A stretch of DNA of 60,080 bases, filler included, from Sphacelaria rigidula (Eukaryota): NCBI GenBank assembly GCA_964200075.2. It is 7 parts of 7 records of this genome, joined end to end, with 100 filler letters (N's around TTAATTAATTAA, not from the genome) between each part and the next. Parts side by side here need not be neighbours in the genome. Positions count along the whole stretch, not along the records: positions 42,988 to 51,484 come from CAXNAA020010971.1; positions 51,585 to 60,080 come from CAXNAA020010972.1; 5 more parts are not named here. One strand, written 5' to 3'. A model generated the notes under the pieces. That model was not told where the DNA came from. It worked only from the letters and a program-made list of their open reading frames with translations, and searched no databases. Made by a program: the position numbers and the translations under genes. This document shows positions 47,639 through 60,080 of this stretch, in pieces (within the stretch, counting starts at the first letter, position 1; every line of letters starts with the position of its first letter).

Positions 47639-47856
47639 AGTAGCACGTTGACGGGGTGTGTAGAGTTAGTTCGCCTTGCGTGTACGTGAAGCGGGGTGTG
47701 GTGTTGCCGTGTATGGAAGTGCTTCGGCAGTACTGTTCAGGGCAGTCCGAGCTTTTTCTGCGTCTCGTATTCTACGCGTTGTTGTTCAAGGAATGTTAAT
47801 GTGGAGGATGTACGATTATTGTGATTATTGTCGTGTCGAGTTGAGCAATCGAATGG

Positions 47857-47976
47857 CCCTACGATAGGAGGAGGGGGGGGGGGGGGGGGGGGGGGAAACT
47901 TTTTGACAAAGCGAGCCGACAAAAACAGCGGCCGAACAAACAAAAANNNNNNNNNNGTGGTGTGGGGGGGGGGAGG

Positions 47977-48031
<55 letters not shown>

Positions 48032-48248
48032 ACCAATTGTTGCACGCAAGAGCCACTTTGAAACGTCGCTGCAAACAGAAATATCCGTATTGCTCTCGTT
48101 ATCATATCAAGTTCCTTTTCAAAGCACTTGGAAACCGTTTCCACCCATGTGAAAGTTCACTATTATACTACTGTAGGGTGTGAGGTCGTGCAACACACTC
48201 GTGCCCCCCATTTTTTCGTACAACTAACACCCCGGCCCCTATCGTAGG
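47857..48248. mobile_element. MITE with poly-G interior (contains a 10-N gap)
   Basis: TIRs CCTACGATAGG / CCTATCGTAGG. Confidence 0.55.
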
Positions 48249-48383
48249 ATCAGACAATCAATGCTATGATCGAAGGGTTATTGTTCGGAAAACTACGCAG
48301 TAGCGGTTTTACCGCGAACTACAAGTTTCCTGTTTCTATATCCCGTCGAAAGCACGTGGTTGCAGCTGGTCTGTTTCCGCTTT

Positions 48384-48685
48384 CAACGACGCTTTCGTGA
48401 GATTGAGAGTAGAGGATACGATTGAGATTAAAAAGCAGTCAATTAGTGACTGAATCGTTTCAGTTCCGAAATACCCCTCCACGAGGCCCGATATGCTTTC
48501 TGTAGTAGCTTGCCACGGAGGCCCTTGATATCCCGAGTAGGATATCGACGTGTAGCTGTAAGCACACGCTAGTCATAGAGGCAAAGAAAAGCACACACGG
48601 AATGAAAAAAATGGTGAAGTTAAACCGAATGACCAAAGCCACTCGCAATCGGCGCTCTCTTCTCAATCTCACAAAAATGTTGTTT
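48384..48685. mobile_element. About 300-bp MITE, second full copy
   Basis: Colinear with 9625-9922. Confidence 0.8.
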
Positions 48686-50337
48686 TTTCCCGGTTACTCT
48701 TACGCCTTTTTCTTACTGTAATTGATGTGTCCATCAGAAAACCCCATCTGAGACTACCACCTTCAACTATTGGAGTCATCAAGAGGGAGGTGATGGAAGC
48801 GAGTCACGTCCACACGAATATGCGGTTCTATTTCGTTCTTGTTCACTAGGGTTGAGGTGATACCAAAATGGAGCGAAAAAGAGGTGGGTCCTGATGAACC
48901 AACTCTCCCGCTAGAACCTCGATGACGTTATCAGCAATCAGCAATCATCCGACGTGACGAGGCATGTTTTGAGCTACAGAGTACCCCCGGATCCATGCGG
49001 GGGGCAGACAATACCTCCATTTGTTGTGTTTAGGTCAGGAAAGGCACTTCGGCTTCCGCGTCTCCATCAAAAATCCAGTCAGAACGCGTTTGTTTTTGAG
49101 TAAGGCTATGATAGAGGTGCACTAATATTTTCCGAGAGGTTGGAATTGTTAAGAGCTCTTTACGAGTATCTCGTCGGAAACACGACTTTTATTAAATATG
49201 CGAGAGTACGCCAGGATTACTATTCCAATGTACTGGGGATATCCCGAATGCATTGGCGAACGGGGGTGCCCTGACTCATACTCTTGTGAAACTAGAACCA
49301 TTATTATTAGGAGCCCCTGAACCAGACAAGATTTCGCGCTAAAAGTGCACCCCCACCGTAGCAGCGATCTTCTCTTGATCTAGGTCATAATCGGACCCTA
49401 CAGACAAAAATAAAAATCAGGAAAAGTACCGTTCTGGAGCTTTTACGTCGTTTTACGCCCCAAAAGAGAGCTAAGCGGGGTTTAACACCTTTGAATGACT
49501 TGCTCCAATTAGTAGTGGAGGTCGTTCCAGAACATCTTCCCGTTTTACGATGGCCGCAGTTTTCATTTTGGCCAAACACGATTTTTTGTCCAAGAACGGT
49601 AAAAACAGTCAAATCTTGAAAAAATCACCACTTCTTTTCTCTTCGGCCTGGATAACCGTGGCGGTGCCCAATGGCGCCGGAAGAAAGCGCGGAACAAAAA
49701 TTCACAACCCCTTTTTCCTAGAAAGAGGCGTCCACGAAAATCATCATTTTGGGGTTTTTGTGACACAGAAACAGCAAGTGCGACGACCAACTCAGCATCT
49801 GTCCTGTGTCGCGTACTGCCGACGGGTCGCCGCCCACGAGACGAACTCGGAGCAGGGGGAAGGCACATGACATCAACATCCTAGGCCCCGCCTCATGTTG
49901 GAATACAAGGGGCTTTAGCTGTATCGTCTTATAGAGGTGCAAATCCACCCACATAGAGCTAGCAGGGGAGCAACAAATTACGGCATCGGCACTGTACAGA
50001 CAGTCTGTGTACACACACTTGATACCTTCTGCTTCACAGCCCAGGAACGTTTAGATGGGGTTCAGGTATCGACGCTTCAACACGGGGTCGCTGGTGCTGG
50101 CGATGCTGTGCGCGGCGCGTGAGAAGGGTGGGGGGGGGCTGAGTTCATGCAGGTATTGCGGCTTGCTCTTGGAGTATTGTGTGGGGTGCCGACAAGGTAG
50201 TGCACGATGCGTCTTTTTTGCGCTAATATGTCTGTTTTTTCATGTTGATGTTGGCCTTGAAGTGATGTGGGTCGGTACTGTTTGTACCGTACCCACATGA
50301 CTGATGGACTGATCGTGTTGTACTGACTGCCTTGCAG

Positions 50338-51120
50338 GGTCATCTACTGTCCTGTGGACATGGAACCCATCTGTAAGAAAACTGCATGCAGCCGATGCAA
50401 GGCAAGCAAATTCCTGTGTGATGTCTACAAGCAATGAAGGTAGTCTGTAGGCGTAGGTTGAGGGCAGTAGTGCATTCATGAAGGCTGGGCGCAAATCCCA
50501 CGATCGTACTACAACGACGCTGGCTACTGTCCTCAGTGTACCAATCTCTGCTCAGGTAGGATTGGCTCCGGTTCATTTCTCTGTACTATGACAGTGTGTG
50601 AACCATCTACAACACGGAACAGTACTGAAGAGCATGACCTTACCCACAGAGAGTTGTCAGAAATACGCTCAGTCGTCGTTTCACTCTTGTCGTTCGAGCA
50701 AGGTAGGCAGAGTGTAATAGACACATGGGTTTCCCCTTTTCCGTTGACTGCAGTATTAGACTGGCTCTAACTAACGGTGACCGTGGCTGATTTTGCAGCT
50801 TTTGTACTTCAATCCACCGGCGGCTGACAGTCAAGTCTAGGGTCCACCAAGCGGACAGCTGGACCGAAACAACAACAGTGACTTCAAGCACGTCAGGACC
50901 GCTGCGAGTATAGTTACACTAATCGCAAGCCAGCACCCGACGCTGTGCATCGTACTTACTGCCTGCAGGTCGGACCAAATCGTGAGCAAAAATGGTCAAT
51001 TGTTCGTCAGAGAATCAGCCGCCAGCAATAGCCAAACCTTTACATGAGCAGTATCCCGTTCGCCAAGTATTGAAGGGCAAAACTCCGCAGTCCGTGGTAC
51101 AAGCTCTTTGGTTTTCATGG
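50338..51120 (+). pseudogene. Degenerate intron-rich EnSpm/CACTA-like transposase
   Basis: Motifs in expected order across short introns and frameshifts: 'VIYCPVDMEPICKKTACSRCKASKF', 'LQRRWL', 'IYNTEQY', 'LDW', 'NPP', 'AGPKQ', 'QPPAIAK' (DxPA.AK-like). Confidence 0.45.
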
Positions 51121-51484
51121 CGCTGTGCTCATGAAAATTGCGGTACAATATCCCACTTGTACGTGCGTTAATCGCTCTCATCCAGGCAAAGTTGAACTCA
51201 CGTCGAGTTCGATTCAAGCTCTGAAGTTTTCACTCGCTGGCGTATTCCGCCTGCTTCGAGTTTTTGCCCTTCGCCAACCCCTTGAGCGCTAGACCTCCTT
51301 TCGGTACAATTTGCCAACTGACGATCGGGCGGAACAATTTCTTGGGGGATTGGGGTGGGGGGGGGAGGGGTGTACTCATGATCATTCAAGCCATAGTCAT
51401 GAGACAACTGACCTCGCATCCCTACAAAGCCGGGACGGAACACGCGGGGTCAGTTGTCTCATGACTATGGCTTGAATGATCATG

Positions 51485-51584
51485 NNNNNNNNNNNNNNNN
51501 NNNNNNNNNNNNNNNNNNNNNNNNNNNNTTAATTAATTAANNNNNNNNNNNNNNNNNNNNNNNNNNNNNNNNNNNNNNNNNNNN
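51485..51584. other. Artificial contig linker
   Basis: Same N44-TTAATTAATTAA-N44 structure. Confidence 0.98.
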
Positions 51585-53809
51585 CCGTGATCTGTATAGA
51601 TGTGGAAAGGCACGTGGAACAAGTACTGTCGAAGCCGTTTAATAGCCCAAGTTATGACTCCGCCTTCGAGTTCGAGTGGACTCCAGTTTGCCTCGTTTGG
51701 GAGGGTCGCGCGACTGATGTACACAATAGGTCGGACAGAGCCATCCAGTTGGGGCTGATTCAAAACTGCGCCGAACCCATCTGTGCTAACATCGGTGTGT
51801 AGTTGGAAAAGACATGGGCCGTCTTGTACTGCATCCCAATCCGGAAAACAAAGAACCGGTTTTTCGGTCGGTGTTTTGAGCAATTCGCGGACGGTAGCGT
51901 CCATTTCTTTAGTGGAGACAAATGGGACGTTTTTCTTCAATAAATCGGTGATGGGCCGGATCCGCGTGGACAAGTTGGGTAAAACTTTGCGATAATAAGG
52001 AAGTCCGCCCAACAGCGAGGGAAGCTGCGAAATATTGGTGGACATGGGCATATCAGTCATAGCCTTGACTTTGTTCGTGTCTGGGTGCAATCCAGCAGGA
52101 GAGGTAGAGTGTCCCAAAAAATCCAATTCAGTTGCTCCGAGTCGAGCTTTGGATGGAGACAATTTCAAGTCGTGTGTACGCAAGCGGGAGAGGAATTCCC
52201 GTAGTGTGCGAACATGCGCCTTGGGGGAGGCATCAAAAGCGATAGCATCGTCTAGATGCATGATTACATGCTTGAGACCGTCAGTAACGCGTTGCATGAG
52301 GCGTTGAAGGCAGCCAGGTGCTATGGCAGCGCCTTGTGGCATATGAAGCCATTCATAAAGCCCTGAAGATGTACAGAACGCTGTCAATGGAACTGTATCG
52401 GGGCGAATTGTATTTTGGAAAAATCCAGATGCAAGATCGAAAGTGCTGAATACTTTTTAATGGCCGAGAGAATCGAAGACTTCGTCGATGCGAGGTATGG
52501 GGATATTTCCCACGACACTGACGCGATTCACCCGTTTGTAATTCACGGTGATGCGTATGTTGCCATCTTTCTTGGAGACGACCACGAGGGGTGAGGCCCA
52601 TGGCGAAGATGAGTGTTGAATCACACCAGCTCCTAAGTATGCATCCAAAGTAGTATTGACTTTTTTGGTGAGGAGGGGATTCGTTCGATATGATCGAGAT
52701 GAAAATGGCGAAACGCCAGGTTGCAGGGTTATCTCGAATGACAATGTTTTATAACGCCCGAGGTCCATTTTGTATCGGGAAAATCTGTCCTGATATTCCA
52801 GGAGAACATCTTGTAACTCTTGGATGACAGCGGGCTCCCAGCCCGGACCATGTAGATCGAAATGGATGTCACGCAAATGAGGTGGAAGTTGGTGCCACAT
52901 TTGCAGGAAGTGTTCCCGAAACTCGACCGATAAGCGTTGAAGCACTTCATCAGGAGGTTTAGCAGGTGGTCGGTCGGATTCCACCGCAGAAATCCGAATC
53001 GGGGGTGAGGGGAATAGATCAAAGTATGGCTCATCAACGTAGTGAACAGAACCGTCAGTCGGCGGGGTGGGATCAGGCGCCGGAGGGTCGGCTACACAGT
53101 TATCCAGAGGAATGTGCATAAGAGGAGCCGCGGCGATGCCCAAGACATCGCCAGGTTCCAAATTAGCATGGCCTGTGAGAGGCAGGAGTTGTTCGCCGTC
53201 CGAGACAAAATGCTCAGTGCCAGCGGGCGCACCGACTTTAGGCAGCAATTCCGCAAGGTAGTGGCCAGTGAGGGCAGGCATACCGTTGCGGCGAACAAGC
53301 ACAACTTCTAAGGGTTGAAGCTCGTCGGAAAGGATGACACCAGAACTGCCATTGTACCGAAGGCGGTAAGCCGCTCCGGTAGTATGCTCATTACTTTTGT
53401 AGGCTAAGGCACCACTGAGGGTACTAAAGTGTTTTAGTTGGAGTTTTCCACGAGGCGCCCACTGAGGCGAGAATGGTGGAAGGGTGCGGTACGTACGTTG
53501 GTCGAACCGCATGTAGCTATCTCTGCCAAGGAGGAGAGCATGATGCATGGTGCTATCAGGGACGATGTAAGCCCAGACTGCGAGAGTAGCCGAACGTGTA
53601 CCATTGTGGAAAAATTGCACACTAAGACGAACAGGTTTTCGTGTCGTCAAAGGTGTGTTGAGGTCGCCGAAACCGCCCCAAACGCGAGGTTGGGTGGTGA
53701 TTTTGCAGACATCTGGTGACCTACCTATTCTCGCGGTCAAAGGGAGGGGAGCTACAAATATGTTCATAGATAACGGTTGATGGGGAACATCATGGAATGT
53801 GACAAACAA
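51585..53809 (-). pseudogene. pol: Ty3/gypsy LTR retrotransposon pol (protease-RT-RNase H)
   Basis: LLGRD protease motif; RT motifs SSSPWASPLVVVSKKDGNIRITVNYK, DLASGF, MPQG and HLDD; RNase H LHTDVS..GFGAVL..ELE..IYTDH; one in-frame stop at 52457-52459; cut by contig start before the integrase. Confidence 0.95.
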
Positions 53810-53811
53810 AC

Positions 53812-54048
53812 ACCAACACTAGCTCCAACCTCGACCCCAACCCAAGGCGCACGAGGCCCTCGGGCGAGGAGGGTGCATAGATTCTCCTAGGCCAAGTGTG
53901 CGTTGGCAGACTTCAAATCGTCGCCTAAAACGCCAATTTCGACAGAAACACGTTCTGGGCGAGCTGGGTCCAGTGCTCACCTGGTCCAAACCATGTATTT
54001 TTCCGAACTTTATCGAGTCTGAAACCTTGTAGTCATCCCTGTCAACCG
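53812..54048 (+). repeat. Copy of the CCCAACCC-headed dispersed repeat; abuts the truncated 5' end of the gypsy ORF
   Basis: Colinear with 30040-30256. Confidence 0.75.
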
Positions 54049-57000
54049 TTGTGTACGAACACTTCTTCAGGTCTACTGCTCTTCATTATGCACTCTGGTG
54101 CTGGTGTGTAGTAAGTGTCTCGTCCAGGAGGCTCAACCAGACCTGGCCATCCTTGTCGCCGAAGCCTGTCTACACACCGCCACACGCTTCTTTGTATCAA
54201 GGGTTTGCGTGCCAGCTTTCGACAGCGGTGCCACCTGCCTCCGCGCACACACCGTATTCCAACATGTCCGCACTGAGGGCGTTGACATATTGTACTGGTG
54301 CATTAGGACAGAAGTGGGTGTGCCTCATGAGCACCGTGTTGACCCAACTCTACCACCACACCACAGCCTTGGCCAAGGGTAACAGTGAGACGGAATTGCT
54401 CCTTGAAGGTGATTCCGGCCCTACACCCGCCGAAAATACCCTCCCTACGCCGTACCGACAAGACCGGTCATGGCCTCCGTTGGAGGAAGGGGAACGGAGC
54501 ACCAAATACTCTACTCAGAGTTTGAGTAGGTCTGGTCCAAGGGTTAACTAGCCTCTTGTTATACCAGAACCCAAAGTGTCGTGGAACAATTCAAAAGGTC
54601 CCCGTTAGCGCGATGCGAATAAACTTGTCGCTCTCAATTGGATCTTCGACTCTCAATTTCACGAAAACATTGTTCGCTTTGTCGGCAGTCCTTATATGCT
54701 GGAGATGAGTGGGGACATGCAATCTTGAGATGATAGATTGCTCTGCTTCGCAATCGCGCTTCGGATTTTCGATTTTTTTTCCTTCGTTAGGGCCTGTTTT
54801 AGCACTTCTTCTTTTTTTATCGAAAAAGTGCGGTCGATTTTTTTTGCCGATCTGACAGGTCCACCACATTTATGTTCCTCGAAGGCTTCAACTCAAAATT
54901 ATAATTAGCGGCGCGTGGAGAAGAATCCAACGAGGTAAAAAATATTTTTTCAATCGAAAACATGCCGTCGAAAGGCACGAAGCGGCACATGATTCCCATC
55001 TTACAGACCACCACGCCAAATAACACCTGTTCACAGGACCATGCAAACTCCAACCAACTCATTCTCAGCTACCACCGCAATCCTGGAGCATATAGCACGA
55101 GTTGAGCACAGGGATATATACACTACAGTAGTCGGGTGTGTTTTGTTTATTTTTTGTTGGCGAAAACTTGCGCATCTTCTCTCATGGTAGGCATCAGGGA
55201 CGGAACTAAGGTACGATAGGCAACCTAGTCGCGTGCACGCTCATGGACAGTGCAGGAAGTACAAAGCTGCACGTTGCTTACCATCTTTTCACGTCGCATT
55301 GTAAGCAGAGAGAACCGATAGTCCTGGGTTGTCTGCACTGCACGTTGTCCGCTTCTCCTTTATATCGTCCTGCAGGAAACACGCACACACGTACTCAAGA
55401 CACCCTGCTTGCAAGCAGTGCAAACAAAACAGACTGTCTGTACTCTACACGAGTGACCATGTACCGTTTCACGAATTTCACTGTCTTTTTTGGATCGAAA
55501 GCTTGAAAATCCATCTGCACCCAACGGCATCAAAACGAGAAATTCGCTCAGATCGATTCCACCGCCCCATTTTTTCGATAGAAAAAAAAGGGCCAAGACA
55601 GGCCTACTTGTTATTTGTGTATCGGAAAAAATATAACTTGTTGAAAAGTGCTTTTTTCATCCTTCTCCATCGTTTTTGCCCCGAGAAGAGGGCTCAGCGG
55701 ATGTTGACACCTCAGACCGTTCCAGAGCACCTTTGCGTTTTCCGTAGGTCACAGTGTAGTGGATGAGAGGACCGCGTGCTTCGAAGACCGCACCGTAGCT
55801 CGAAACATCTCAGCCTCAACGTTTTCCACAACCTATCGGGTCAGTCCCTGCAGGTACCACGATCCTGACCCCAACACTAAGCATGACCCTAACCCCAACC
55901 ATAGGGATGTTCACCTTCCGACGCGGTCCTCCAAGCACGCGGTCCTCTCACGCATTACAACAGTTTCGTTCTTGGCTTGGCCAAAAATTAGACAGTACAG
56001 TTATGGGTAGGAATTGCAGATCTTCGGTATTATATTCATGGAAAGTGCAAGCCGAACGCTACATGCGTCAGAAGTGGCTGGTAATCTAACGAGTCATACA
56101 GTATCAACGGAAAATACAACCGTCACCTACAAATGACGATTTGGGTCATGGGTAATGGAGTGTATTTCTAGTACATAAATTCAAGTCTGGCAGTGGTCGG
56201 TGTTGAGGTGATTTTGTTCCTCCAGCAAGCTCGCTCCACATCAGTAGATAGACAATCTTGTTGTACTAGCGAGTCCTGCCTTTGTCTTCACCACTAGGGA
56301 AGCACACGCCCCCGAGCTACCACCCCACATTTACCATCATTGCGAAGATAACAAGACAAGAGCACAGACAGCAGGTGTTGTGGCCATTACACACCAACGT
56401 AACTGCAGTGAATGCGCATGGCGAGTATCCTTTGAAGTGTCGAACTACAGAGGGAGAGTTGACACAAGAAAGACAAAGCTGGCGGCTGCTTCATGTCAGG
56501 GCTCCAGTGCTTAAAGGTCTTCTAGATCTTGTGTGTATGCGGGGGGCTGTAAAGTGCCGTGGACCGTCCGCACGAGAAGCACCAGCAGCAGTATCAGCAG
56601 CATGTTTATTGCCAGTAAATGTACGTGGCTGGGGGCGGGTCTCAATCAACCGGCACCGATGCTGCTGCTGCTCTTGATCGTAGACGGTCCGCGTTTCGAC
56701 CGTGCGACATCACCCACGCACCTTGCGAGTGATAGCCACCGTGCTGGACAGCGCTGACACACGCACGAATCTGCACCGGCTGATTTAGACCCACCCCCAG
56801 CCGCGTACATCTACTGGCAGTAAAGATGCTGCTGATACTGCTGCTGTTGCTTCTTCTTCTCGTGCGGAACGCGATTAGAACGGCGCGGGATTTCTCCTGA
56901 TGCTGCAGAACATCTGTGTTGTTTTCTGTTGAGTGTAGTACTCTTTAGTGCATACACCACTACAAAAGCATCTTGTTTTGAGTGTACTAGGTTGTACTCC

Positions 57001-57582
57001 ATATAATGGCGTCATGGTTCGCACAGTTTTTCGAAAAGTTCAACTCGTTTTCCGAAAAGTTCTCGTTTTTTAAAAAGTATTCCAAAACGAGAGTGTTTTT
57101 TGTATCAGAAATGTAATGCCGAATTTGGAATAGCCTGAGACAACAACCAATTTGAAAGAAATGGAATAATCCCACGATTGGGAATATTTAGTCAAACATG
57201 AGAAGTCGAAGCACACGCGACCCCAGGTGTGAGGTTCGGCCCAGGTCAAGCGTTCACGTGATGGTTGTCGGTAATCGTTGCTGCATGGGGGTCGAACGCC
57301 AGACGTGAAAACATGCGAACAAAATAATAATTGGCAAGCGTCAGGCTTGAGGAGTGACCGGGATGCGACACACATTTTTTCTTTTTTCGTCATAGAAGAC
57401 TCCATGGACAAATTAATCACTGTTAGTGTGCTTATGCCACCACGTGAAACGGCGGCTTTACACACGGTTTGGTTGCTCCGCGAAGGTTTCACATTAGTGG
57501 GCATATTTGTCAAAAACGCCGACACATCGACGTGATATTGATTTACGCCGAAATGCTCTGGTGCCGTGCCCCCACCGAACAG

Positions 57583-57654
57583 GTGTCCAAGTCCGTGGGG
57601 AAAGATGACCTGGAGAAGTATGACAAGTGGATGGCAGAATTCGGCTCCGCCTAG
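57583..57654 (+). CDS. KATNA1: Last exon of katanin p60 (AAA ATPase, Vps4_C helix)
   Basis: CAG|VSKSVGKDDLEKYDKWMAEFGSA*; matches the katanin p60 C-terminus VSKSVS..D..KY.KW..EFGS; upstream exons not found in this contig. Confidence 0.75.
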   Translation: MSKSVGKDDLEKYDKWMAEFGSA

Positions 57655-57677
57655 TTGTACTGAAGGCATAATATTCT

Positions 57678-58043
57678 TGTGCTGTGCGTGTTGTGTGTGT
57701 GTGTTGTCGTCCCATCTGCTCCGGACGCCAGTCTACACCTTTTGGTGTATGTGGGCGCATCAGCCGAGGTCACACAGGAGGAAGGTCAACACAGGAGCTT
57801 TTTCTTTCTTCAATACCCCATCTTCCTTCTGCGGTGCTTGCCTTTTTGTTTTATCGCGAGAGGGATTTAGCATTCCCTTTCCCTCGTCGACCGTTAAGTC
57901 GGATTTTGTGTACCAACGACATAATCGCTCTCCACTGTTGGGCGTGGTGTGAGAAAAAATCCCAGACCTCTCCGAGATTTGAACCCACGACCCAACCGTC
58001 AAAAGGTGTCAAGGTTACCAACTGAGCCACCGGAGCGACCGGC
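57678..58043 (-). mobile_element. tRNA-derived SINE family 1, full length
   Basis: Head GCCGGTCGCTCCGGTGGCTCAGTTGGTAA...CCTTTTGACGG...GGGTTCAAATC; (CA)n tail. Confidence 0.88.
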
Positions 58044-59346
58044 TGTGGGTTCCCTGTATTGCGTGTTAGGTCTAGAGATCCCTACGGGGAGCGACCGTTG
58101 TGCCTATTTATCCTTGCCCACCCACGGACCATTCTGTGTGTTGCGGTTCAGCGCACGTGCAACTGTTACGTTTTGGACAAGCACGACGGAGGTTCAATGT
58201 TCGAACATCAGTGTCTGATCACCATCCTCTTCTCCAATGTCCGTCTCTGCCTTTGCGGGAAACATCATTGAACTGTTTTCCGGGCAAAGATGTGATCAAG
58301 GTAAACGCGACCGGGTGGGGATGATGAAAACATATCCCTCTCGTTTCAACGCGTTTCAGATAAAAGTGCGGCCCTCGATACGAGAAGCTCCCTTCACGTA
58401 GCGGTCGTTCAGTTAGGGCGGATGGACGGTTTTGTGTGATCAAGCGTCTTTGCTCCCCGACTCTACCTGGAGTTTTTTTCCGTGCAATGTGTGGGGGGTG
58501 CACTGTGCGTGTTGACCCCTCAACACCACGGACGCGTCCCGAAAAAAAGGAGGGGTTGAAAAGTGTGCAAAACAAAGGGAGATATCAGGGCGAACCAGTG
58601 ACTATCTGAGCTTGTTTCCTACTGCTCATTGTGGATATTGGAATATGGAGCTGACCTTACGGAGCAAACAGTGCCGTGTCCAAGGGAGATGGAGAGGTCA
58701 AGGGGAGACGACGTCGGCGCGGGTACATGTTAACAGGGGGCGAACTCGACCGCGCATCTGCGCCCATCACCACCCTCAGCCGATGTGTTGATGGAGTGGC
58801 CAACGGATCTCCAGACATCACCCCCACCTTCACGCTTCTTGTATGCAACGTCAATAACTGTCTTCTTCGATTTCATCCTAACTGTCATACGCGGAACCCT
58901 GAAACACCGCTCAAGGAAGCGACATCAGTGGAGGGCAGACGCCGTGCTGCGTGTCATCTAACCCCCTTTATTACCGAAAAGCTGGTATCGCACACAAGAG
59001 TCAACCTGCGACTCTTGTAACTTCATCGAACGCGGATCCTACTCCAAATATACCAATATACCGCAATGGATCCAACCCGAGGTCGCTCCTTCACATGCCG
59101 CGACGACAAGGGTTGCTTCACCTACACTAACGAATGTACTGGCTTTACATTAGCATCCGTTTCATGGCTGGGGAGGAGGGCGGCGGTAGCGAAATGGGGA
59201 AGGGGCGGCAACGAGGAGGCGGGGAAAGGACGGGTTGCGTAAGATGCGGGGAATACAAGCTGACCTGTCCTGTAGCGCCAAACAATGCGAACCACACATG
59301 TGATAACTTGCTACATGTGATTTTGATAACTCTCAATACAACCGTA

Positions 59347-59545
59347 CACGGTTAGGACGAATCACAGCTTCGAATCACGAAATCCACGACTTTTTTGGCA
59401 TGATTGCCCAAGAGGTAAAAAAGATTGGCCGCTGGTCCAAGGGGTATTCACGCAACTTTTGGGCCATTCCACGTGTGTGGGCTGCGTATACTTGTGTTAC
59501 AACGCTGAAAACAAGGCCTAGAGATTGATTCGTACGAATCGATTT
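59347..59545. mobile_element. Partial copy of the CACGG MITE
   Basis: Colinear with 31590-31790. Confidence 0.75.
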
Positions 59546-60080
59546 CCAATTTTCAATTTGGTTGTTGTCTCAGGCTGTTCCAGATTCGGCATTGGATTTC
59601 TGTGACAGAAAGCTGTCTCCTTTTTTTCGGAATACTGAAAAAAAAACAAGCAGAACTTTTCGAAAAACTGCGCAAAACATGGCCCCATTATATGGAGTAC
59701 AGGGTACTACACTGAACACAACACAACCCTGCAGTGGTATGTGGCGTACAGAGTACTATACTGAATACAACACAGCACAGCTTCTGCAGTGTTTTTCAAA
59801 ACCTCAACACGGACTGTATACAGTATGCATCAGCTTCTCTTGTTGCAACGAACAAAGCGCTTCGCACACCCATCATTTCCATGCTGTAGTTGTCGCTGTG
59901 CTGTTGTGCATTTCAACACTTTACGAACATGGTGTGATGTGCGCTGAATTTTTTGCCGAGTGCTGAGTAAGCAAGCATGGACCCATCGGCGGGTAGTACG
60001 TACCCAGCGCTGTCCAGCACAGTAGCTATCACTCGCAAGGTGCGCGGGTGATGTCGCACGGTCGAAACGCGGACCGTCTA

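Noticed and set aside
47825..48183. Poly-Pro/poly-Gly ORFs (also poly-Asn/Ile at 44390-44830 and Tyr-Ile at 19566-19939)
   Set aside because: Translations of homopolymer or microsatellite runs, some spanning N gaps
57960..58043. Functional tRNA gene (Lys-like; also 23420-23490)
   Set aside because: A/B boxes are present but the cloverleaf stems are poor and the head is fused to a repeated body and (CA)n tail, so it is a SINE head

Overview
This is eukaryotic nuclear DNA, most consistent with a brown alga or other stramenopile. The evidence is a bipartite plastid presequence with an ASAFAP-like 'VVA-FAG' site, small GT-AG exons in TE-filled introns, and TTAGGG-type repeats. It is not one locus. 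Seven contigs of 8498, 8498, 8497, 8497, 8497, 8497 and 8496 bp are joined by 100-bp artificial linkers (N44-TTAATTAATTAA-N44), so nothing can be inferred across linkers. Host genes seen: the last five exons of twinfilin; the first exon of an ABHD13/Bem46-like hydrolase, head-to-head with the first exon of a plastid-targeted protein; and the last exon of katanin p60. The rest is mostly transposon remnants: a Ty3/gypsy pol, an Ngaro/DIRS-like Gag ORF1, LINE 3' ends, tRNA-derived SINEs and many MITEs (piggyBac-like with TTAA TSD, Stowaway-like with TA TSD, P/hAT-like with 8-bp TSD, a 476-bp foldback). Tentative, heavily decayed MULE, P-element and EnSpm-like transposases with short introns are also present. 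I see no CRISPR array, intact tRNA/rRNA or intact novel enzyme system. The most unusual pattern is that two LINE-tail families nearly always end in GAGTAC/GAATAC directly against oligo-C tracts rather than poly-A. All family assignments are by eye; no search was run.
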